Assembly (NCBI GenBank): GCA_013265495.1
Contig: MU057887.1
Span: 1,003,985-1,067,984 of the forward strand
Source: Vicugna vicugna
Lineage: Eukaryota
DNA: 64,000 bases
Reading direction: 5' to 3'
The translations under genes were made by a program, and so were the position numbers. The first letter of the stretch is position 1; each line of letters opens with the position of its first letter. Shown here in pieces: positions 46,626-59,180 of this stretch. The notes below the pieces were generated by a model, which was not told the DNA's origin, ran no database searches, and saw only the letters and a list, made by a program, of their open reading frames with translations.

Positions 46626-49600
46626 AGGCTGGCTGCAGTGCTGTCTTCCTTGCCTGCGTGCCCGCCCAGGACAAGGGCAGGATGGGGCTGTGGGACCCGA
46701 GCCAAGTGTCCACGTTTCCTTCCTCCTCTCCTGGGCCCGAGAGGCTCTGAGACCTTGCTATCACCCTCAGGCCAGCCCCCGCCAGCCCAGCCAGCCACCC
46801 ACCCCTTCCCCTCTGCCTGTGACCCAGGCCCAGAGAGGCTGGAGCGCTGGAGGAGGTGGTTCTGCCTCCAGCCAGAGACCTCGGGGGCTGATTGCACACT
46901 GGAGCCCCCACCATGATGTCAGCACGGCCAAAGTGTCCTCTTTCACTGCCCCTCGGGTGACACAAGCCAGCTTCTCTTTCTGCACGGGATCTGGGGGCAC
47001 CCACTAAGTCCCAGGTGCTCGCAAGGCGCCAGGACGGAAAGTATGACTCTCTTCTTCCCCCAGCGTGGGATCACTTTTCCATTGCTAATTTCGGAGGAAT
47101 CCAGTGAAGTAGTGGAAAGACCTAGAAGGCGGGAGACCTGGTTCTCTCCCCGGCCTGTCTAGGCTTCTGACACATGCCCCCAGAGCCTCAGTCTCCCCTT
47201 CGGTGGGTCGGGAACCAGGAACCGTGATGCTCAGGGCCCTGTCCCGTTTGGATTCTCCAAGATGCCCAGGTGTCAGTGAGGCCCGGGAGTTTCACGGGCA
47301 GCCGCTGGCGGACAGCTGGGACTACAGCTTTTCTGGGGTTTTTTGTTTGTTTGTTTTCAAACATGTCTTTGGGAGTGAAGACCAGTCAACCGTGACTGAC
47401 CAATTTTATTTCAGAAATTGTATTTTACCATTAGGAGTACGAAGGACTTTAGAATTTACACATGGCTCCCCTACCCCAGCCACCCTCTGGAGGTCGCAGC
47501 TTTATCCCCAGAGCGGCCAGCTTTTCCAGCCAACTGCGGACACGATGGATGCGCACGTTGGCCCCGAGCCTCCTGTGTGCACCAGGCACATTTTCATCCG
47601 TGCCCATCCTGGGAGGTTTGTACATTGTTATTGCCATCTTGCAGCCATTCTCCCTCCCTGCCAGAATCAGACCAACTCTTTGCCATCACTTCCTCCAGGA
47701 AGCCTTCCCCGACTTCCCTGCTGGGCATCCACTGGCCCAGTGGACCATGGCATCCACGTGTGTCCCACCACATCCAGACTTCCTCTCCCCTCCCAGCTGT
47801 GCCCACGCTGAGAGCAGCAGCCTCGGCACCTGGCACCATGCCTCATGATGCTTGCTGCCCTGAGTGTCGGGGGAAAAGGTGAGGACCTGGTGCTTGAGTT
47901 CAGGGACAGAGTCAAACTGCCAGTCTCCTGTGCAAATCTGGGGGCTAAGTCTGCCTTGGCTCTGGGGGCCAGAGCGGCCTCACCTGGGAACCCTCAGGAG
48001 TCCGAGGGGTTGTTCACTCACTTTACCCCTGCCCCATCTCATTCTTCTGCCCTGAAACCTCCCTTAGCCAGATCGACTCCTAGATTTTGTTATAATTTTC
48101 ATGTTTTTAGTCCTGCAGACCACCCGTGAGGCGGACTGTATAAACGCGAAGAAGTAGAAGGAAATTTTGCCCAAGGAAGGGATTTCCTTCTCGTGCATTC
48201 TTCATGTCCTGTGCCTTTCAGAACCCTCCCTCTGCCTGGAATGTTCCCTCTGCCTGAAGTGCTCTCCACTCTCTTCTCCTGTTGAGAAGCTGCTCATCCT
48301 CCTTAAGACTCAGTTCAGGCAGCCCCCTCCCAAGAACCTTCCTAGACCCCCCACTGCCCCCTCCAGCTCCACCACACCCACCACCCATGTGGTTCCTCCT
48401 TTTCCTCCCTCACCATTTGCTTCCTTATCCATCCCTTCCCACTCCTCCTGCCTCCAGACATGCCTTGAGCTCCTCAAGGTCAAGGACGGGGTCTCATGCC
48501 CTTTGAGGGGGTCTGTCCCCAGGGTCCAGCCCAAAGAAGCCTCCATATGCGAGTCAGCTGCTGGAAACCAGTAACACCAGCACATTCAGGAGCCCTGGCT
48601 GTGAAGGACGCCCCATCCTTTAAAAAGCCATCCTACTCACGTATCTAAGAAAGTGGAAACAATGTTTCGCCATCTTCTCTACACTCACCTCATTTATTAC
48701 CCAGGGAAACTGAGGACCAGAGAGAAGATGTCCAGCCAAGATTGCCTCGTCTGAACCTCTCACTCTTGCCCTGGGTCCTCTCTGCAGCAGAGCTGGCGCC
48801 TTGGTGGGGACAGCCTCAGACGTATACTCCCTGCAGACCACCAACACACACGGGGTCTCCCTCACACCTGGGCAGCCCCTGCACCCACAGGATCGGCCCT
48901 CACATCCACTGCCTCCGTGAGGTAGGCAAGCAGGGGCCAGACCCCTGAGTCCCAGGAGAACAATGTCCCAGTCACCAGCCAACTTCAGGGCTGGAACATC
49001 TCACTCTGGGCCTCTGTTTCCTACTGTGAAGGTGTCCAATTCAAATTAATAGAAGGTGCTAGAATCACCAGGTCATGCCCACGTGCATAAAAATCCACTT
49101 AAGCTTCCCAAGTGGTCTGTGTGCTTTCTGAGTGCAGCTGCTTGCCTGCTTAGTCTCATAATAAAGACCATATCCAGGCCAGTGAGGACAGATGTCGTGG
49201 GACCCACACTGTGGCCTGGCACCACTTTAGCAACTTATAATTTAGTGACTCATAGAGTGGTCCCCCTGGTCATTTCTCTTTGAAGGGCTCCTTATGGACT
49301 GGTACGACCCTGTTGACAAGCTGTTGTCCCCATGATGGGGACACCCAGGCGGAAGGGACTGCAGCTCAGCCGTGGAGAACAATACTTTAAAAGGGACATC
49401 GGTGAAGGGTGTCGACAACAGAAGGAAATGTCCAGTGACAAAGGCGAGACGCTGAATTGCAAGAGTTCACCCCCTGCAGAGAGAAGGAAGATGCCGTAAA
49501 GAGAGGGGAAGGGGCAGAAACCCACCCTGGGTCAGGCCGTGATCAGGGCGACCTTTATCTTGTTACCGATCATTTGGAGGATTTAAAGAATAAAACCAGT

Positions 49601-49669
49601 AAGAGAAAGACAGGAGGGCAGGAGGGAGGGAGGGACAGTCACCTAAAAGAGCCTAAGATCTCTGGGACG

Positions 49670-50200
49670 TAGCCACAGAGGCCGGGGGCGCGGGGCGCGG
49701 GCCGGAGCCCCTGCGGGGCCGGGGTCGCCTCCCCGGCCGCGCCGCCCCGCCGCGCCGGGTGAATCCGCATTGGCATTCCGCGCCGCGCCGCCGGGTGCGT
49801 GCCCGCGCCGTTCCCAGCCCGCGGCTCCGCGCGGGGACAGTGGCGCATTGTTCGCCCGGACACCCCGGGCGGCGCAGCGCCCTCGGGGCTTGGCGCGGCC
49901 CCGCCGCGATTTGCATGCGCTCCAGTCACAAAGGTTCAAGGTCAGGAGCGCGGGGCGGCCGAGCCCCGCCCGGCCCAGGCGCTATTCTTCGCCCCGGCGG
50001 CGGGAATTCCTCGCCGCCCGCGCCCGGGCCGCCCCTGCGCGTGAATGGCCGAGCGCCGCCGCCGTCTGAGGCGCTTTGTGTCTCGGCCTGGCCAGCTGGG
50101 CCCGCGAGGGACGTGCCAGCTCGGCCGGCGGAGCCCCCTCGCCAGCGCCCCTGGCCCATGCTAATCAGCCTGGCAGCGCGACTGGGCGGGCGGCCCGGTG
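49670..50200. promoter_or_regulatory. Orphan CpG island with a dense TF-motif cluster (candidate enhancer/promoter)
   Basis: ~530 bp, very GC/CpG rich, no recognisable coding exon; carries TEAD, SOX, octamer and NR5A/ESRR motifs (see findings). Confidence 0.75.
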
Positions 50201-51872
50201 GGAGCTCCCCCCAACCACGGTCCCTGCCAGGAGCCCCTCAGCCTCCCCTGCTGCCGGGAGGCCCCCAAGTCCCCTGCCAGGGGTCCCCCACTCCCCACTC
50301 CTCTGCCAGGTGCCCTCCACCCCACTCCACCTCGACCCCTCCTACCGGGGTACCCTCCTCTCCAGCTGCTAGGAGCCCTCCCGCCCCTGTGGGAAAGGCA
50401 GGGCCACGTTAGGGGCGTGGCTGGCCAGGACAGGTTGCTCGGGATGATCTCCAGAGGCCCTTCTGGAGGGTCTCCCAGCAGGCTGCAGGGAACGTGGTGG
50501 TCACACAGCCCTCCCACAGGAGACGGCCTCTCCCGCAGCCCTCCAGCCTGGCAGCCTGGAGGCCTGGGTCACTCGTCACAGCATCATGATCATCACTTTC
50601 ATGAAGGCCCTGGTCACTAGTGTTGTAATTGCGCCCCCACTCCCAGGAGTGGGAGCTTTTTGTGGGACAGGAGCTGCTGGATCCCCACAGCACGCAGCAC
50701 CCAGGACTGTATTTACTGACTTCACAATCGGATGGATGGATGCCAGCCCTTGTGGGCTACACTGTGTGGTGGAGGGGACAGGCCGTGGCATTTGGCATTT
50801 TCAGTACTTAGAAAGAGTCATAGAGCCCTGCTTGCGAGAACACCCCTGGGCCTCTGGTCCACACTCCCCCTCCACCAGGAGGGTCCTCACCTCTGACCCT
50901 CCAAAGAGGCTGGGAAGTTATCTCTCTGCAGGAGAGTGTGAGCCAGCACACACAGCCCCGCTGGGGTACCCGTCAGAAGGTCTGGAGGCTGGTGCTGCAG
51001 AACCGGAGACCCTCAGTTTTCTGCAGCATCTGTCCTCATGGCACAGGAGGAGGCCTGAATGTTGGGCGGCATCGTGCTCTGGGGTATATTTCTGTGGGGT
51101 CTCCAACAGCAGCCAGGAATGAGCTGAGCCTCATATCCAGGCCCAGGCCCAGGAAGGAGGGACTGGGTGGGGTGGTGACACGGAGCACCAGAGAGGGGGC
51201 TCCCAGCCCCAGACAGGCCTTCAGGTGGTGGAGAGTACGGCCTTGGGAGTCAGGCAGATCCAGGTCCAAGTCCCTTCCCCAGCGTTCACTCGGTGCCCCT
51301 GGTGGGCCCCTCCTTCTCTCCCAGCCTATGAAATGGGCATAGTTATGTTTTCCTGGCTGCTCTGAGCATCACTCAGCATCACCTGGCGTTAGACTCTCCA
51401 GCTTCCCGAACTCATCCCTGCTCAGCTGATCCCACTGTTAGCTGTTTTCAGCCAGCCCAGCACACGATACTTCCCAACGCGGAATATCTTCTCCCGGCAC
51501 CCACCCCCCCACTTCTCCATCTACCCCTTGTCAACCTGTAAGATGTGCTCAGATACCACTTCCTGCAGAAAGCTGTCCCTGACCTTTCCTCCATCCCCCT
51601 CCCCCTTCCCCACACTTTCCATGTCACCTTAAGGAATTTGTCTCCAAACCCGAGGGCAATAGGGAGCCACTGCAGGCTTTAAGCAGAGAGTAGTAACTCT
51701 CCCTGGTGACCTCAACAGGGAGCACAGAGAAAGGGGTTCTCAGACATCTGGAACTCACAGCCCAGTCAAATTTCAAAGGAAATATTGCAGATCTACTGGA
51801 TATTGCCAACTTTCTATTTTTCCATGTTGGGATCTTTAGAAAAATAGCTATAATCTCCTCTCTTGAAAGGAT

Positions 51873-51958
51873 TTTTTTTTAAATAGAAGTACTGGGGATT
51901 GAACCCAGGACCATGCATGCTTGGCGTGTGCTCTACCAGTGAGCTATTCCCTACCCCC
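51873..51958 (-). mobile_element. Camelid tRNA-derived SINE (vic-1 type)
   Basis: gtactggggattgaacccagga...ctctaccagtgagctattccc with T-rich tail; candidate TSD aaaggat at 51866-51872 and 51960-51966. Confidence 0.88.
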
Positions 51959-54900
51959 AAAAGGATAGTTTTAAACAAACAAACAAAAAAAAGGAAGACA
52001 ATCTCAAGATAAAGTCCATCTTCTCAGACTGAACCCATTTGGCATCATGAACAGCTTGCCACGTCATCCTCATATTTGTCATTCACCCGGAAACTTGCAG
52101 ACTTGGTCACGGCTGGGCTCTCACTGGGGTGTGTCCTCTCTGGACCACTGCTTTCCTGACCCCACTAGACCAGGAGGGTCTCCTAATGATCCCTTGACTC
52201 CGCTGGGGTTCTCTAGCCTGGCGGCTCTCAGAGACCGACCCAAGGTACCCGGTCAGTCATTGCAATGAGTGGAACCATGACAAGGGTCCCCAGGGGTGGC
52301 CTGCACCTGCGACACAGGTCCTTCAGACCACTAAGATGGAAGGACGTTTCTGAGGACAGAGAAGAAGGTGCAAAGTTCAGATGCCCCCTGTCTGTCTGTT
52401 CCCGTTTTGTGAGACAAGAAACTTGCAAATGTGTTAATGTACACTTGGGCATTTGGCCCTCCTGCCACAGGCAGGGGGATCCAACCGTTCGAGGGGGAGA
52501 GGAGGGCAGGGACACCGCGAGTGAAGCAGCTGCACGGAACCTCGTGGAGTGTTCTAGGAGACTCATCCTCACTTCCTTGGGGCAGGCTGCACCATGGACC
52601 TTTTGCTGATTACAGGGTGGGCACCATCGGTAAGTTAGCATTGACATCCTGCACCCAGTCTCAGAGCTGGGAGGCCCGGAGTGGTCGCTGAGGGCTGCGG
52701 CCCAGAGAGGGACAACTCTTGCCCAAGGTCACACAGCCAGATTACACTGGAAAAACAACTGCTCTCTTAGGTGATGTGAACTTGTAATCTTGTTTCCAGC
52801 TTTCCTTTGCCCTTTTATCCCCTTGTCAAGAATAAATTTCAAGCTTTCCTGTTTCCAGATGTGTTTATGTGTTTGAAACTAGATGGTCTGAATTAATTTC
52901 AGACCAGTGCTGCTCAGCATCGAGTGTTTGGTTGCTTGCTTTTACCAGCTGTGCTGTCTTGGCCCTGCTGCCCCAATCAGGATGTGACTTGACGCCTGCG
53001 ACAGGCCCTGGGCTAGGCGCTGAGGGCACTGGAGACTCATATCCTCGCTCTCCAGACACTCACGGCCTGGTGGGGCTCCAAGGCGAGGGTGTTGGGCTTG
53101 GTACCAAAGGCCAGAAGAGCCGGGCACTGCAGGAGTGGCGTGTCCCAGCCCGGGGATCCACCCCAGAAGGCTTCCTGGAGGAGGTGGTGGCTGGGCTGAG
53201 CCTTGTCTGTGGTACAAGCTCAATAACCAATATTGTTATTCACAGCAGAAGTAAGGGGAGAAGAAGCTGGGGAAGAAACGTGGGGCGGGTGGGAAGAACA
53301 TCCCCTTCAGAGGGAACAGCATGTGAGAAAGGCAGGCAGTTCTCTCTGGTGGGAGAAGGGGAGAGGCGGTGTTGGGGAAAGGGTGGGAAGGGAGGCTGGA
53401 GAGAGAGGCAGGGACCACCTGCTCAAGCAGGGTGGGGACAGGAGCTGTGTGTCTGAGGAACCACTCTGGCAGCCCCACAAGAGGAGGCAGCAGCAGTGAG
53501 GAGGTGACTGTCCAGATGAGGAGGGGAGGGTGGGCTGATTACTGGTGCCTCAGAGGAAGGATGGCCAGGACTCTGTATCTCCAGTGTCCCTGGTGGCTTT
53601 GCTGGTAACTAGGATGGACAGATGCGGAGGGGATACCCCATGCCAGCCTTGGGTTTGGGGCTGAGAATAGTGACCCCCGGAGGGTCATACAAGACACCCT
53701 GTGCTGCCGTGACTAGGGTGCAGGAATCCTGCCTCATACCAAAGACATGTCCAAGCCCGTGGGCCCCACAGTGGAGGATGCCATCTTCCATGCTACAGCG
53801 AAGAACCAGGTGGACCCTCGTAGAGATTGGGGGTCCTCCCACACCCCACCCTTAGGAAATGGTCCAGGTGGTCCCAGCGGTGCCAGCAAACAAGTACTGA
53901 AAAATACTCAGTGGCTTCTAGAGGCAAGTAGGCATCTCACCTTCCCCAGGGGCCGTGGGTCCCAGGCCACCGCCCCGGCAGAGCTCAGAGCCCAGGTCCT
54001 CCCTGCCTGTCCTTATGATTGTTCAGCAAAGGCAAGAGGCAGGTGTCCACAGTGACCCCCTCCCAGAACAGTGGGGTTCCTGCTGTGACAGACCTCTTGC
54101 CCGGGAGAACGAAGGTATCTCTGTATAAAAAACACACCCGAAAGACTCACGTGCTCCTGGGACTGGAATGAGCCGCTCATCCTTTCTGGAGGGCCAGTGG
54201 GTAATGTACTTGAGAGGCTTTAAAGGGCAAATCCTCTGTGAAGTTACAAGTATTCCCTGAGGAGTATCTAAATTATTAGAATTTAGAACTTAGGAATTAT
54301 TAGAGAGGTGCAAGGAGCATGTCCACACAGCTCCTCTGTGCATCACCGAGACAGCCGACAACGAATGACAGGGTCCAGAAGTTACGTCTGAACAGCGGAC
54401 CATTCTACAAACATTAAAACGTGGGCTGCAGAGACGTATTTATAGGCAAGGTGTTAGTGAAAGTGCAGATTATAAAGCATGAAATATGAGCGCAGTGATT
54501 TCAGGTGTGGATTATGAGTAGAGAAGGAAGACAGACTGGTCACATTCACCCGAGTTTCAACGGTGGTTTCTCCGAGATGGGATTCTATGTATTTGTTATT
54601 TTCTCATGGGTGCTTTTCTGTGTTTGTTGATGACAATAAACATGTATTATATTTACAGTCAAGACAAAAAGAGTGGTGTGTATGTATGCGTGTGTGTGTG
54701 TGTGCGTGTTTCAAAGGCCCAGAAAGAAAACACCAAGTTCAGATAAAGATCCACAGTGACTCACTGCTTCCCCAAAGCAGGTTTCTCTCTCTCAGCTTGG
54801 AAATTATTATGGAAAATCCTGTAAGTAAGGCCAGACTTGGCCTCTGCTTCCCTAGAACAGAGCTCCTCAGAAGGGCTGTCCAGACCACCTGGGCAGGGTC

Positions 54901-55009
54901 ACCCATAAGGAGCTTGCTACATATGCAGGCCTGGCCCCACGCAGGCTTCCTAGAATGAAAATCTAGGAGAGCTCACCCTCCCTCCTGGCCAAGAAATGTC
55001 TTTGTTTTG

Positions 55010-55870
55010 TGTGTGGTAAAATATACATAAAATTTACCATTTACCACTTCAGAGTCATGAAACATTCACATCTGTTGTGCAACCATCACTACCTTCCATC
55101 TCCTGAACTTTGCAACATCCCAAACTAAAACTCTCTACCTGGTAAATAATAACTCCCCATTCTCCCCTCCCCGCAGCCCCTGGTGACCACAGCTCTACTT
55201 TCTGTCTCTGACTTTGACTCCATGTGACTCATATAGTGGGATCACACGGTATTTGTCCAGTATCTGGCTTATTTCGCTTTTTATATGTTTTCAAGCTTCA
55301 TCCAAGTTGCAGCATGTGTCAGAAGTCCATTCCTTTTTAAGGCTGAATAATATTCCATCATATGTATACACTGCATTTGGTTTATCCATTCATCTGTTGG
55401 TGGACACTAGGTTGTTACTACCTTTTGCCTGTTGTGAATAATGCTCTGAACACGGATGTGTATCTCTTGGCTAGAGTTACTGCTTTCATTTCTTTGGGGT
55501 ATACACCTAGAAGTGGAGTTGCTGGGTGATAGGGCAATTCTGTTCAATTTTTCAAGAAACAGTCATACTGTTTTCCACAGTAGCAGCACCATTTCACATT
55601 CCCACAAGCAACACAGAGGGTTCCAATTGCTTTACATCCTCGCCAGTGGTGCCAGTTATTGTTATTTTAATAACAGCTATCTTAATATGTGTGAGGTGGT
55701 ATTTCTTTGTGGTTTTGATTTGCATTTCCCTAATGATTAGTGATGTTGAGCATCTTTTCATGTGCATACTGGCCATTTATATATCATCTTTGCAGAAATG
55801 TCTGTAAAAGTCCTTTGCTTTCTAATTAGGTTTGTTGTTGAGTTGCAGTTCTTTATATATTTTGGATATG
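55010..55870 (-). mobile_element. L1MB-like element: ORF2 C-terminus plus 3' UTR
   Basis: Minus ORF 55594-55776 [22 protein letters not shown] is the L1 ORF2p C-terminal motif; 3' end tgtggtaaaatatacataaaatttaccattt. Confidence 0.9.
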
Positions 55871-55984
55871 AGCAATCTTTTTTGCATATACAGTGTTCTT
55901 GGGTCATACCACTTGTGAAAATATTCATGTATTACTTTTTACATAGGGAAAATATGTAAAGAAAAAAAGAAGGTTACAAGAAGC

Positions 55985-56460
55985 ATGAGTGATTATATTC
56001 TGTGACTCAGCAATTCCACATCTAGGGATTCATCTTAAGGGATTTTTGTGAACATGTACAAAGATTTCGCTACAAGGATGTTCACTATAAAAGGAGGATG
56101 CAAGGAAGAGATGGAAACTAAAAAAAGCTAATGTCCAATCATCGCATATTGCTTAAATAAAACATGGGCGACCCTACACAGAACTCTGTGATTACAAATG
56201 GCATTGTAGATGAATGCTCAGGGCAGTGGGGACACATAATTAGCCACGCATGAAAGGAGAAAGTTGCAAAACAGTATTTACAGTACGATCCCAATTTTGT
56301 TTCAAACATATGTGTAATAGTGTAAAGAGAAAGGAAAAACGCCGTGTTATACTGGTAATCTCGTGTGGTGGAATCTAAGGTTATGTTTATTTTCTTCTTC
56401 GTGTTTTTTCAATTTTCCAAATTTCTACAGTAAACACGTGTGGCTTTACAGTAAAAAAAA
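55985..56460 (+). mobile_element. Ancient L1 (L1ME-like) 3' relic
   Basis: tgactcagcaattccacatctaggga...aaggatgttcact...aatgtccaa...tacagtacgatcccaattttgt. Confidence 0.6.
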
Positions 56461-56759
56461 TAGTTATTTTTAAGGCATCCACAAGTCTATGTACAGTGTT
56501 AACCCGATTATGTGAAAAATCTCTGTATTTACAATTAAGAAAAAAGGACTCAAGACCAGAATCCACGCCGAGCTCTCGGCCGCCGTGGTCTGCGCGGTGA
56601 GATTCTGAGATTTCTCATTTTGTTTTTTGCACTCTCCTAAGTCTTCCAAATTCCTTACTGTCTGGTTGGTTATCTGGTTAGGGAAGAGGGGAAAAGACAG
56701 AAAATTGCTTTAATAAATGAGGATCTAAAGTAAATGAAAACCTTAAGTAGATGAAACTG

Positions 56760-57480
56760 AGCTCAAAAACCTCGGAGACGCGACCGAAAGCGGGTCCAGA
56801 AGCAAGAGGCGGGACGATGAAACTGAATCACAATCTCCACGGCGGAATAGAGGCCCCGCCCCCGGCCGCGCGAGGCCCCGCCCAGGCCTCGTCCGCCTGA
56901 CTGCGACGCTACGTCCGCACCGCTCGCTGCCCCGGCTGTTCCGTGGCGGCCGCGCAGACGCCCCGCCCCCGGGCACGTAAGGCCCCGCCCCCCGCCGCCA
57001 CGCTGCGTCCGCGCCGCCCGTCGCGCAGGTCTTGGCTTCCGGAGCGCGACGGAAGGGCGGGCGGCCGCCAAGGCCAAGGCTGCGAGGCCCCGCCGCAGAA
57101 GGGCGCGGTTCCCCGAGGGGCCCCCGCGCGCACTTCCGTCGTCCGCCTCTCTCCTGTCCCCGCCTGTCCCCCGGTGCACGGGCCGCGGAGGCCGCACAGC
57201 CCGGCGGGTGGAGATCAAAGAGAGGCGGGCCGGCGGGGCCCCCGGGACGCGCGCTGCAAGCCAGCCGGGCCGGAGGAAAGCGGGCGGATCAAAGCGCGCC
57301 GGGCCGCGGCTGGCCCTTCCGAGCGGCTGCCCAGGTCGCAGCGCACCTGGGCGGGACGCAGGCTGCGCTGTCTGCATTGCGGAGGCCGGCCCAGCGCGGC
57401 GACCTCCTCCTGCCCTCGGCGTGCTGTGTGCGCGTCAGGGGATGCAGAGCCCTCCCTCCGTCGGCTGTGGCTGTGACTCG
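56760..57480. promoter_or_regulatory. Orphan CpG island with housekeeping-promoter grammar
   Basis: GC boxes at 56852-56862, 56874-56883, 56960-56969 and 56981-56991; ETS sites CTTCCGG 57036-57042, CGGAAG 57050-57055, ACTTCCG 57132-57138; abrupt border with AT-rich L1 relics. Confidence 0.8.
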
Positions 57481-58123
57481 GGCTGAGGCCAAGTTTACAT
57501 GCCACTTCAAAGACGGAAGGCCCAGCAGCCATAGTAGCGGCTGCTATTTATTGAAAACCAGCGCCAGGCAGGCCTGGGACGAATGCCTTTGTATCATCCC
57601 GTGACTCCTCACAATAGCTCCATTAAGTGCTGATAAGCCAGTCACCTCCTTTCGCACATGAGGGGCTGAGATCAGAGAGGAGAAGGGGCCCAGACTGCAG
57701 TAGGGCCCAGATGCTCACTTGTCCGTCGCAGGCTTTTGCACTTTGTGCTGACCTGGCTTCTGTGATTGAGTTTCCTCGCGGCGGGCGAGGCTCGCCTCTG
57801 GCTCTGTTACTCACCTTAGCTTAATGCTGCCTCATTCCCAGCAGGAAGACCTTCCTGCCCAGAGCTAAGCCCCTCTCCCTAGTCTGAAGGTACCCAGCAC
57901 CCATGAGCTCTGCCCCAGGAACATGGAGATCCCATCCAAGTTAACACCCACCTGTTATTCAGGGTCCCTTTGCTCAGAGACACCTCTGTCCAGCCTCTGA
58001 GAAGAGGGTGTGAAAAATCAAGTGGTCCCAGGATGGTGGGTTTGTTGGACCAAGTCAGCCATGCCAATGGCACAAGGCCAAAAGTGTGGGTGCGAGCACC
58101 CCAGGGTCTTCATACGCATACAA

Positions 58124-58153
58124 GCGCGCGCACACACACACACACACACACAC
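58124..58153. repeat. (GC)n(AC)n compound microsatellite
   Basis: gcgcgcgcacacaca..., alternating purine-pyrimidine. Confidence 0.85.
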
Positions 58154-58660
58154 CCCCCCCCCAGTGTGGAAGGAACCAAACCCCCAGTTACGCCAAGGCT
58201 GCCTGCCTCTCCCAGCTCCGCCCACACCCTTCCTGGGAGACACAGAGGGGGCATTTTGTTTTCCACGTGGCTTTCTAGGTTGGTAAATGAAGGCCGCGTG
58301 ACACTGGACATTGGCAGCAGATAGGACACGAGGCCCCAGCGCAGGCCAGCTCGAGGCCCAGCACAGCGTGCCTGCAGCAATCCAGATTTTCCAGCCTCCA
58401 AATGTACCTCGGAGAGGAAGCTGCACATTGGATTTTTTTTTTTTTGGCTCCATATTAAAGAACAAAGCATGGGAACTGGACAGGCCCCTCTGTAAACAGA
58501 AAACACATGTTTTCTGAGAGAATGGGCTCTTCCTTTCCTGGTTTCTTCTCCCATGGACAAAGGCCTCCTTAGGCCTCCTGGCTTCAAGAACCGGGAGGCC
58601 TCAGACCCAGGGCTGAGAGGAGGTGATTATTTTTGCCCCAGCTCAGAACACAATACCCAC

Positions 58661-58741
58661 ATTATTTTTTTTAATGGAGGTACTGGGGATTGAACCCAGG
58701 ACCTCGTTCTTACCTCTACCACTGAGCTCTGCCTGCCCCCT
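58661..58741 (-). mobile_element. Camelid tRNA-derived SINE (vic-1 type), internally deleted
   Basis: atggaggtactggggattgaacccaggacctc...ctctaccactgagct; near-perfect TSD acaatacccac 58650-58660 and acaacacccac 58742-58752. Confidence 0.88.
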
Positions 58742-59034
58742 ACAACACCCACGGCCTTAAATGGGTGCAGGAGTTGGGTATTAATGGGTCACTTAGCAGT
58801 GGAGTGGGCCTAGCGTGTGGTCCCAGGAAGGAAGCCCGTCAGGAACCTGAACAGTATTTGGATGGAGGGAGGGAGAGTCTGGACCGTTTGTACCCTCCAC
58901 GCACTTGAGAATCATTTTGGATTCTCCTTGGGCGAGCTCCAGATGAACGTGTTTCACGGGGCCTGCTGGCCACACACAGGGGCGGAGACCTCTCTAACTC
59001 AGAAGAGAGCCTGGGGCCTGATGTCTGCAAAGAA

Positions 59035-59180
59035 CAGACTGTGACTGAGTGGGAACTGCTGTGTGACCTCATGCAAGTTTCTTAACATCTCTGAGCCATA
59101 GTTTTCTCATGTATTTGGTTGTTGAGGATTAAATAAGATAATGGATATAGACCTGTCAGACACATAGAACCAATCAATAA
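59035..59180 (+). mobile_element. MIR SINE relic
   Basis: gctgtgtgacctcatgcaagtttcttaacatctctgagcc...ttttctcat...gttgttgaggattaaataagataatg. Confidence 0.75.

Noticed and set aside
47415..47615. Plus-strand acceptor with branch-point-like CTGAC followed by an open frame
   Set aside because: Weak donor, peptide unrecognisable, no partner exons in phase.
48635..48660. Apparent 4-nt microexon on minus (ttccactttcttAG|ATAC|GTGAGT)
   Set aside because: No host transcript identified and it is not frame-preserving; likely chance.
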